A DNA stretch of 64,000 nucleotides, from NCBI GenBank assembly GCA_034667405.1, contig JAXDJX010000018.1, forward strand, positions 213,065-277,064, in the 5' to 3' direction. Shown piece after piece: positions 18,666 to 26,151 of the stretch. The position numbers and the translations under genes were made by a program. The stretch's first letter is position 1; the number at the start of each line of letters is the position of its first letter. The notes below the pieces were generated by a model. That model made no database searches. It was not told the origin of the DNA and saw only the letters and a program-made list of their open reading frames with translations. This stretch comes from Actinomycetota bacterium (GTDB lineage: Bacteria > Actinomycetota > UBA4738 > HRBIN12).

Positions 18666-19784
18666 TTAGGGCGTATCGGAACGCCACCGTCGGTTCGAGT
18701 CGGCCAGGCGGCCGGCCAGGACACCGGCGGACCCGGCCGCGAGCCAGAATGCCGGGTCTTCCTCAATCGATCGACCCATCGAACGCACCTCCACGGCGCG
18801 GTCGTGGAGTTCCTCGAGCGCGGGCCGGCCGTCGACGTCGACCAGCTGGTGCGTCTCTTCGAGCTTCGCAGCGCGCAGGGCGCTCCAGACCGCCGCGCGC
18901 TGTTCGGCATCCGCCAGGGACGGAACGGGAACGTTCACGTCGACCTTGCAGACATCACGCAGGATCGTGAGGGAGTGATGCGACAGCCCTCGATGACGGT
19001 CACGCCGGTCGGCGAAGCTGATGCGGAGCGCGGGCACCGGCTTGCCACCCAGGGTATGTGCCGCGTTCAGGGTGTTGCCGCTTCCGAGCGCGCTCACGCC
19101 CCACGTTGTGTCGGTGCCGAGGTTCCCGGGGCCATCGGCGACCACGACGACCTCGGCCTCCAGGATCTCTACGGCAGCGAGCATGCCCGTCCACACCGTG
19201 ACCGCTTCGAGTTCCCCGCCGAACACCTGACCACAGCTGATCCACCCGTCGAGCAGTCCGACATCGCGAAGCCGGGGCACCAGCCGCGAGAATCCTCCGG
19301 CAAGTGCGGCACCGTCGGTCATGACGTAGACGACCCTGCACCCTCCGCCGGCTCGTTTCGCGCCCGCTGCGATCGCCGCTACCATGGAATGCAGGGGCGC
19401 GCACACGACGGGGGTCTGCAGCAGTCCTTTCGAGCTCTCGAGGAGATCGCGATGTGTTTCCTCGACGGAGGACACCGGCACCTGGTGGGGCAGATAGCGT
19501 CCCTTCATGATGTGTCCCGGCGCGAGGACGTCGGTCGGATCACGTCCCTCCACGGCGACGACGAAGTGGACGCCACCCGTGCCCAGGCCAAGTTCGATGG
19601 CGGTGGTGTTGAGGATCACCGTGTCGCCTGCCCGAACATCGCCAACCAACGCCGGGTAGGCGAGCGCCGGTTCCACGCGGTCGTCCAAGGCCACGTCAAG
19701 TTCCACGGCTCCGGGGCGGACGGTTCCCACCCTCGTCACGACGCCGCGGCGAAGACGGATCATGGATGTTCCCGGAGGCCGCAC
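18666..19784 (-). CDS. Conserved hypothetical protein (unknown function), convergent to pafA
   Basis: 372-aa ORF with Gly-rich segments (GLGTGGVHFVV, ADGPGNLGTDTTWGVSALGSGNTL). I could assign no family with confidence. Coding-like composition; a Met at 19763 is an alternative start. Confidence 0.5.
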   Translation of the reverse strand: MRPPGTSMIRLRRGVVTRVGTVRPGAVELDVALDDRVEPALAYPALVGDVRAGDTVILNTTAIELGLGTGGVHFVVAVEGRDPTDVLAPGHIMKGRYLPHQVPVSSVEETHRDLLESSKGLLQTPVVCAPLHSMVAAIAAGAKRAGGGCRVVYVMTDGAALAGGFSRLVPRLRDVGLLDGWISCGQVFGGELEAVTVWTGMLAAVEILEAEVVVVADGPGNLGTDTTWGVSALGSGNTLNAAHTLGGKPVPALRISFADRRDRHRGLSHHSLTILRDVCKVDVNVPVPSLADAEQRAAVWSALRAAKLEETHQLVDVDGRPALEELHDRAVEVRSMGRSIEEDPAFWLAAGSAGVLAGRLADSNRRWRSDTP

Positions 19785-19809
19785 ATAGCCCCGCTATGAT
19801 GCCGCAACG

Positions 19810-20772
19810 ATGGCGGGGCAGGACGGGATGGAGCCGCTCGAACGGCTGCTGAATCTGGTTGGCCTGCTGCTTGACACCGAGCACCCGCTCACGTTCGAAC
19901 AGATCAGCGACACCCTGGACGCCTATCGGGCCCAGAACACCGACACCGCCAAGCGGATGTTCGAACGCGACAAGGACATCCTGCGCGAGTACGGCGTGCC
20001 GCTGGAACTCCGCGATCTGGACGCCTGGGGTGGGGAACAGGGCTATCTCATCCCGAAAGAGCTCTACTACCTCCCGGAGATCGCGTTCACGCCGGAGGAG
20101 CTCGGGTCCCTGCTGGTGGCTGCACAGGGCGGCGGGGGAGAGACCCCAGTGGAACAGGCGGCGCAGAAGCTCCTCTACGGCGCCGACGGGGGGGCGCTCG
20201 CGGGACTCTCGGGCGGTCCGCTCGCCGCGGGCAGCGATGCGCGCGGGGCCTTGTTGCTGGACACCGCCCGGGCGGCGCAAGACCGTCGACGGGTGCGGTT
20301 CGGGTATCGGACCTCCCAGGGCAAGACGTCCGAGCGCGACGTCGATGCGTTAGCCGTAGTGTTCGGTCGGGGACATTGGTACCTGGTGGGCCACGACCGC
20401 GAGCGGGACGACACCCGCGCGTTCCGCCTGTCGCGATTCCTCGGGGACCTCGTCGACGCCGGGGAAGGGGTCGGTCCGCCGCCCGGCTTCTCGGCAGCCG
20501 ACCATGTGGAGCGCGGACCCTGGGTTCCCGGCGGTGAGGAGCTCGCGGCCGTGGCGTTCGCCCCCGACATCGCGTGGGCTGCGGCGAATTCGCTCCGAGG
20601 CGCGTTTACTCGTGGCCCAAGGGACGACGGCTGGGTCGTCGTCGAGATCCCGATGTCCGACGAGCACGAGATGGCGGGGTGGATCCTCGGCTTCGGCGCC
20701 GACGCCGAGGTCCTGGAACCGAACGAACTCCGCGCGAACGTGGTGGCACGGCTCGAGGCCGTTCGTGGCTGA
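19810..20772 (+). CDS. pafB: Proteasome accessory factor PafB (HTH-WYL regulator)
   Basis: N-terminal HTH (LERLLNLVGLLLDTEHPLTFEQIS), a WYL-like core (HWYLVGHD), and its position after pafA. Confidence 0.85.
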   Translation: MAGQDGMEPLERLLNLVGLLLDTEHPLTFEQISDTLDAYRAQNTDTAKRMFERDKDILREYGVPLELRDLDAWGGEQGYLIPKELYYLPEIAFTPEELGSLLVAAQGGGGETPVEQAAQKLLYGADGGALAGLSGGPLAAGSDARGALLLDTARAAQDRRRVRFGYRTSQGKTSERDVDALAVVFGRGHWYLVGHDRERDDTRAFRLSRFLGDLVDAGEGVGPPPGFSAADHVERGPWVPGGEELAAVAFAPDIAWAAANSLRGAFTRGPRDDGWVVVEIPMSDEHEMAGWILGFGADAEVLEPNELRANVVARLEAVRG

Positions 20773-21745
20773 GAAGCGGGCGCGCACCCGCACCGTGCCG
20801 AAGACCTCCGAGCGACTCGGACGGATGCTGGTCGTCGTTCCCTACCTGGTGCAGCACCAAGGGGCGCAGCTGACGGAGGTGGCTCGGCTGTTCGATGTCC
20901 CCGTCGATCAGTTGCGCCGGGACCTGAACCTGCTCTTTATGTCCGGATTGCCCCCTTATGGGCCCGGCGATCTCATCGATGTGGACGTGGACGAGGACGG
21001 CGGCATCTGGATCACCATGGCCGACCATTTCGCTCGGCCCCTCCGCCTCACACGAGCCGAAGCGCTCGCGCTCTACCTTCGGGGGACCGAGCTGCTCTCG
21101 GCGCCGGGGCTTTCCGGGGCGCCTGCGCTTGCCTCCGCCTTGAAGAAGCTCCGCGACACGCTCGGCCCGGACACGCTCGGCGATCCGGCCGCGATCCAAG
21201 GGTCGGCGGCGGGGATCCCTCCCCAGCACCTGGAGGCCCTCCGGCGTGCTGCGGCCGAGCACCAGCAGCTTCGGATCGACTACTTCGCCGCCTCGACGCA
21301 TGCGTGGTCGACCCGAACCATCGACCCAGAGGAGGTCTTCTCCAGCATGGGCAACTGGTACGTGGCCGCATGGGACGTCGATCAGGACTCGGAGCGACTG
21401 TTCCGCGCCGACAGGGTCCGGGCGGCCTCACCTACGGGGACGAGATTCCTGCCACGCGGGTTGGAAGGAGCGGGGCGGAAGCTCTACACACCCAGCGGCG
21501 GCGAGCAGACCGTTCGGCTGCGGTTGGCGCCCGGGGCGCGGTGGATCGCCGAGTACTACGCGACGACCGACCATGTTGAGCTGGATGACGGTTCGCTCGA
21601 AGCCAGCCTGCCGGCCAAACAGCTGGATTGGGTGGCGAACCTCCTCCTGCGGGTGGGGTCGCACGCGGAGGTCCTGGACCCTCCCCAGCTGATCGACCTG
21701 GTGAAAGAGCAGGCTCGGAGAGCCCTGCAGAACTACGGTCGGTAA
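20765..21745 (+). CDS. pafC: Proteasome accessory factor PafC (HTH-WYL regulator)
   Basis: A GTG start overlaps the pafB stop (GTGGCTGA). It has an HTH (LGRMLVVVPYLVQHQGAQLTEVARLF) and a WYL-like core (NWYVAAWD). The ORF is open from 20504 in the same frame. Confidence 0.85.
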   Translation: MAEKRARTRTVPKTSERLGRMLVVVPYLVQHQGAQLTEVARLFDVPVDQLRRDLNLLFMSGLPPYGPGDLIDVDVDEDGGIWITMADHFARPLRLTRAEALALYLRGTELLSAPGLSGAPALASALKKLRDTLGPDTLGDPAAIQGSAAGIPPQHLEALRRAAAEHQQLRIDYFAASTHAWSTRTIDPEEVFSSMGNWYVAAWDVDQDSERLFRADRVRAASPTGTRFLPRGLEGAGRKLYTPSGGEQTVRLRLAPGARWIAEYYATTDHVELDDGSLEASLPAKQLDWVANLLLRVGSHAEVLDPPQLIDLVKEQARRALQNYGR

Positions 21746-21822
21746 CCAGCCCGAATGGGGTAGCCCCGACCGGGGGACAGGGGCTCAAGCCTGACGCCTG
21801 GGCCGCCGATAGCTCCCTTGAG

Positions 21823-22206
21823 ATGACAACTATCCGCACAACGTGCCCCCGATGTGGCGAAGTGGACATGGGTCCCGAAGCCATCCTTCTCTCGGTCAAG
21901 CAGAACGGCCGGGAAGGCAGCTACCGCTTCACGTGCCCCACGTGCATGGACGACGTCGAGAAGCGGGCCGATCGTAAGATCGTCGCGCTCCTGGTCTCGG
22001 CAGGCGTCGACCTCGATCCCGGTCAGGACGCGCTGGAGGGTATCGGGCCGGGCTTCGCCGAATCGCTCTTCGACCACGAAGAGGCCGAAGGCAGCCGCAT
22101 GACGGGTCCCTCGTTCAGCATCGACGACGTGATCGAATTCCACTTCATGCTCGAGGACGACGCGTACATCCGCGAATTCCTCGCAGGAAGCAGCGAAGGC
22201 GCCTGA
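21823..22206 (+). CDS. Hypothetical zinc-ribbon protein
   Basis: CPRC...(22 aa)...CPTC four-Cys ribbon at the N-terminus and an acidic C-terminus, 127 aa. Confidence 0.45.
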   Translation: MTTIRTTCPRCGEVDMGPEAILLSVKQNGREGSYRFTCPTCMDDVEKRADRKIVALLVSAGVDLDPGQDALEGIGPGFAESLFDHEEAEGSRMTGPSFSIDDVIEFHFMLEDDAYIREFLAGSSEGA

Positions 22207-22233
22207 TCAGCTCGCTGCGCTAGCATTGCCCGC

Positions 22234-22455
22234 ATGTCCACCTGGGTCACGGTTTGGTTCGTCATCGGGCTGATCTCCGCATCGGCCGTCGTGATCTGCC
22301 TCGTTGGGCTCGTCAAACACCTGCTGGTCCTGAACCGAACCCTGAAGGTGTTCCAGGAGGAAGTCGCGCCCGTGGCAGCCGAGATCGCGGCCGGCAGCTC
22401 GCGGGCCTCCTCCAACGTCTCGAACCTCACACCTCCGGGCACCCCGGGCCGATAG
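22234..22455 (+). CDS. Small hypothetical membrane protein (1 TM)
   Basis: 73 aa with an N-terminal hydrophobic helix (WVTVWFVIGLISASAVVICLVGLV). Confidence 0.3.
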   Translation: MSTWVTVWFVIGLISASAVVICLVGLVKHLLVLNRTLKVFQEEVAPVAAEIAAGSSRASSNVSNLTPPGTPGR

Positions 22456-22498
22456 GCGGGCAGTAGGATAGGCCCCGGCCTCCGCGGCCACTCCCGAC

Positions 22499-22888
22499 AT
22501 GTTCAATATCGGAACCCCAGAGATGGTGCTCATCGCGTTCATCGCCCTCGTTGTCGTGGGGCCGCAACGCTTGCCGAGCCTATTCCGGCAGATCGGGCGG
22601 GGGTTGGCGCAGTTCCGGCAGATCCAGGACGACGTTAAGGACATGGTGAAGCTGGACCAGTACATCGACCTGAAGGACCCTGAGGGCGACTTCATCAAGC
22701 CCCAGGCACCGAAGCCGACGCCCCACACCAGCCGCGCCTCCCCGGCCGACGATCTGCCGGACCTTAGCGGGGGTGCCGACCAGGTTTCGCCCAACGGTTC
22801 CGAGGAGCCCGATCACGGCGGCGACGCCGTGGGCTACACGCCGACCCCCGAGTTCGATGACGACGAACCGCCGCTGAGCGCGCCATGA
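22499..22888 (+). CDS. tatA: Sec-independent translocase TatA/TatB-family protein
   Basis: TM helix plus amphipathic helix with the GPQRLP hinge motif, a long acidic tail, and a position immediately upstream of tatC. Confidence 0.75.
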   Translation: MFNIGTPEMVLIAFIALVVVGPQRLPSLFRQIGRGLAQFRQIQDDVKDMVKLDQYIDLKDPEGDFIKPQAPKPTPHTSRASPADDLPDLSGGADQVSPNGSEEPDHGGDAVGYTPTPEFDDDEPPLSAP

Positions 22889-23670
22889 CGGTGATCCCGA
22901 GGTTCCGTCGGAAGGAGCCATCCGCGCCGACGGGAACGATGACGGTGATGGAGCACCTCGAAGAGCTCCGCCATCGGATCGTCGTCTCGGCTTTGGCGAT
23001 CCTGGCGGGTGCGGTGGGCGGCTGGTTCCTCTACAACCGTGTGATCACGTTCATGCAGCGGCCGTACTGCGACTACGTGAAATCCGTCCCTCCGGGGCAG
23101 CGGCCCATCGGCGGAGGCTGCAAGCTGATATTCAGCGGGATGCTGGACGGGATGCTGGTCAAGGTCCAGCTCGTGTTCTACCTGGGATGCGTGCTGGCGC
23201 TCCCCATCCTCCTCTATCAACTCTGGGGGTTCATCGTTCCCGGGCTGAAGGAACGCGAACGGAAGATGGTCGTCCCATTCATCACGAGTTCCCTGCTCCT
23301 CTTCGCCGCCGGCGTGGCGGTCGCGATCATCACCCTCCCGAAGGCTCTGGAGTTCCTCCTGGGGTTCAACAATCCGAGCGTCGCGTCGCCCCTCATCTCG
23401 GTGACCCAGTACGTCACTTTCTACGTCCTTGTGGCGATCGCGTTCGGGGTGTCGTTCCTATTCCCCGTGGTGCTCGTCTTCCTGCAGATCGTGGGTGTCC
23501 TGCATAGTGCACAGCTCCGCTCGACCCGGCGTTACTCGGTCCTGGGGATCGCGATCTTCGCGGCAGTGATCACACCGAGCTCGGATCCCTACACGATGCT
23601 CGCTCTCATGATCCCGATGGTGCTGTTCTACGAGGCGGCTATCATCGTCGGTCGCGCTATGAAGAAATAG
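22885..23670 (+). CDS. tatC: Sec-independent translocase TatC
   Basis: EHLEELRHRI signature near the N-terminus and six predicted TMs; its start overlaps the tatA stop. Confidence 0.9.
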   Translation: MTVIPRFRRKEPSAPTGTMTVMEHLEELRHRIVVSALAILAGAVGGWFLYNRVITFMQRPYCDYVKSVPPGQRPIGGGCKLIFSGMLDGMLVKVQLVFYLGCVLALPILLYQLWGFIVPGLKERERKMVVPFITSSLLLFAAGVAVAIITLPKALEFLLGFNNPSVASPLISVTQYVTFYVLVAIAFGVSFLFPVVLVFLQIVGVLHSAQLRSTRRYSVLGIAIFAAVITPSSDPYTMLALMIPMVLFYEAAIIVGRAMKK

Positions 23671-23677
23671 GAGCCAG

Positions 23678-24460
23678 ATGGCCATCAAGGGTAAGAAGTC
23701 CAAGTCGAAGCCGAAGGGGCCGGTCCGGGCTCCACGCCGCGAAGTGGTTGCCCTCCCGACGCCGTTCCTGCAGCGGCGTCCCGTGCAGCTGGTCTTGGCC
23801 GGCATCCTTGGCCTCTTGATCTTCTGGTTCGGGGTGTGGATCACGAACGGCTTGCGCGCAGAGGACAAGAAGAAGGCGGCCGACCATGCGCAGGCCGTGA
23901 AGACCGCGCAGGCGGCCAAACAGAAACTCGCCGTGCAGTCGTGGAAAGGCACCGTCGATGCGGCTGTCGGTGACATCGGTGCCGCCCCGACGGGATCCGG
24001 CGATCCCACGATCTTCACCGATCTGACGGCGGCGGCGGCCTCCCTCGAGAAGGGCGTCGCTCCATCCGGTCTGACCAAGACCCTTGCCGAAGCCCCGGTG
24101 AACGCCAAGAAGGCGGCGAAGAAGCTCAACGCGGTGGACATCCCCACGAAGATCGTTCAGGGGAAGGGGTTCGACGTGGTGACGACCAACAGCCTCATCG
24201 GCTCCAAGTCGCAGATGTTGGTCGGGTTGGATCTCTACGGGCAGTCAGCCGCACTGTTGCAACTCGCCGCTGATGCCTCCGGCACCACGCAGAAAGCCCT
24301 CGCGGCCGAAGCAGCGAAACTCCAAACGTCGGCGGCTGCCGAATTCAACGACGGGTGGCGCCAGCTTCAGGAGGCCCTGGCATCGGTCGGGATCTTCCCG
24401 CCGCCACCGAGCGGCGTCCCCGGCCCCACGGGCGGCCTCGGCGGATTCACCGGGTCCTAG
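23678..24460 (+). CDS. Hypothetical membrane-anchored protein (Lys-rich N-terminus, single TM, Ala/Lys-rich extracytoplasmic domain)
   Basis: 260 aa starting MAIKGKKSKSKPKG..., with one TM (LVLAGILGLLIFWFGVWI) and a low-complexity A/K/Q-rich body. Confidence 0.45.
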   Translation: MAIKGKKSKSKPKGPVRAPRREVVALPTPFLQRRPVQLVLAGILGLLIFWFGVWITNGLRAEDKKKAADHAQAVKTAQAAKQKLAVQSWKGTVDAAVGDIGAAPTGSGDPTIFTDLTAAAASLEKGVAPSGLTKTLAEAPVNAKKAAKKLNAVDIPTKIVQGKGFDVVTTNSLIGSKSQMLVGLDLYGQSAALLQLAADASGTTQKALAAEAAKLQTSAAAEFNDGWRQLQEALASVGIFPPPPSGVPGPTGGLGGFTGS

Positions 24461-24467
24461 GCCGCAT

Positions 24468-25382
24468 GTGGTGCGCATGCCGGACGTAGTCGTCGTCACC
24501 AATCCCACCGCCGGGCACGGCCGATCGGGTTCCTTGGTCGGCAAGGTTGCGGAGATGCTTCGCGAAGCCCGGATCGAACATGAGATGCGGATATCAACCT
24601 CGGCCGAAGAACTCGGCCGTCTGGCCCGTGAAGCGGGGGAGCGGGGCGCGCGGATCGTCGCCGTGCTCGGAGGTGACGGCAGCGTGCACCTGGTGGCGAA
24701 CGCCCTCCTGGGCACGGGAGCGGCGCTCGCCGTCCTGCCCGGAGGCACAGGGGATGATTTCGCCACGAGCGTCGCGACGAAGAAGTTGCCGGACGCCGTG
24801 CGACTCTTGATCGAGCCGAAGATCGTTCCCATCGATGTGGTCAGGCTCTCGTGCGGGACGGAGATCCTGCACTACGTCAACATCGCAGGCTCGGGGTTCG
24901 ACTCGGATGTGAACGAGACCGCGAACGGCATGACCCTGCGCCTCGGCACCACGGGGACCTACCTGGCGGCCGTGATGCGAACCCTTCCCAAGTTCCGACC
25001 GGCGCGGTTCTCTATCGAAGTGGACGACGAACATCTCGAACTGGACGCGATGCTCGTGGTTGTGGGGAACGCTCCTGCGTACGGCGGAGGGATGCGCGTG
25101 CTGCCCGCCGCACTCGTGAACGACGGGCTCCTGGACATCTGTGTGGTCACAGCCCTGAGCACGCCCCGCTTCCTGAAGGCCTTCCCCCGTGTATTCAGAG
25201 GAACCCACACCAGCCACCCCAACGTGATGATGCTCCAGGGAACGACCGTCAGGGTCGAGGCGGACAGGCGCGTCCAGGTTTACGCTGATGGTGAACGGAT
25301 CGGTCCATTGCCGGCCGTTCACGAACTTATCCCAGCGGCCCTGCCCGTGGTCGTGGGCCCGACAGCGAAGGCGGTGCGATGA
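24468..25382 (+). CDS. Diacylglycerol-kinase catalytic-domain (DAGK_cat, YegS/BmrU-like) lipid kinase
   Basis: VVVTNPTAGHG near the N-terminus and the GGDGS nucleotide motif (VLGGDGSVH). Start could be GTG 24468 or ATG 24477. Confidence 0.75.
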   Translation: MVRMPDVVVVTNPTAGHGRSGSLVGKVAEMLREARIEHEMRISTSAEELGRLAREAGERGARIVAVLGGDGSVHLVANALLGTGAALAVLPGGTGDDFATSVATKKLPDAVRLLIEPKIVPIDVVRLSCGTEILHYVNIAGSGFDSDVNETANGMTLRLGTTGTYLAAVMRTLPKFRPARFSIEVDDEHLELDAMLVVVGNAPAYGGGMRVLPAALVNDGLLDICVVTALSTPRFLKAFPRVFRGTHTSHPNVMMLQGTTVRVEADRRVQVYADGERIGPLPAVHELIPAALPVVVGPTAKAVR

Positions 25383-26116
25383 ACGGTGTGCTCTTGATAC
25401 ACGCGTTCCCATTGGATGCGCGGATGTGGGAAGAACAGTTGGAACGATTCGGACAACCTCTCACCGTCGTGGCCCCCGATCTACCCGGGTTCGGAGGATC
25501 CCCGCTGGAGGGGGACACCATGACGATGGGTGCCGCCGCCGACCGATGTCTGCAAGCGATCGATGCCGCGGGGATCGAGCAAGCGGTGGTGTGCGGACTC
25601 TCGATGGGTGGATACGTCGCCTTCGAACTGTGGCGGCGGGCACCTGAGCGGTTCGCCGGCCTGGTCCTCGCGAACACGAAGGCGGGAGCAGACACCCCCG
25701 AAGGCGCGGAGGGGAGGCGGAAGCTCGCCGCCCGTCTCACCGAGGAGGGCAGCTGGTTCATGGTGGAGGATCCGCCGCCGCTGCTGACGCCAGCAGCACC
25801 CGAGGAGCTGTGGGCGCGGGTGGCGAGTCTCATCGCGGAACAACCGGCATCGGCTATCGCTGCCGCTGCCCTGGGCATGGCCGAACGGCCCGACTCCACC
25901 GGCGATCTCGGGGGCATCACGGTTCCGACGCTCGTCATCACCTCCGACGCCGACACGCTCATCCCGCCGGACGTCACGGCTCCCATGGCGGAGCAGATCC
26001 CGGGCGCGGAGCTCGCCGTCATACCGCGAGCCGGCCACCTCTCCAACCTCGAGGCCGAAGGGGCGTTCGACGATCTGCTGGCGACACATCTGCGGCGGTG
26101 CCGGCTCCTGGCCTGA
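25379..26116 (+). CDS. Alpha/beta-fold hydrolase
   Basis: GxSxG nucleophile elbow GLSMGG, plus catalytic Asp/His contexts in the C-terminus (DTLIP, GHLSNLE). Confidence 0.75.
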   Translation: MNGVLLIHAFPLDARMWEEQLERFGQPLTVVAPDLPGFGGSPLEGDTMTMGAAADRCLQAIDAAGIEQAVVCGLSMGGYVAFELWRRAPERFAGLVLANTKAGADTPEGAEGRRKLAARLTEEGSWFMVEDPPPLLTPAAPEELWARVASLIAEQPASAIAAAALGMAERPDSTGDLGGITVPTLVITSDADTLIPPDVTAPMAEQIPGAELAVIPRAGHLSNLEAEGAFDDLLATHLRRCRLLA

Positions 26117-26151
26117 ACAGCCCGTCCCAGCCCCGCCCGTAGACTGGCCGG

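Noticed and set aside
20504-20764. Upstream extension of pafC to 20504 (413 aa)
   Set aside because: The extension lies entirely inside pafB in another frame. The GTG at 20765 overlapping the pafB stop gives a PafC of normal length starting right at the HTH region.
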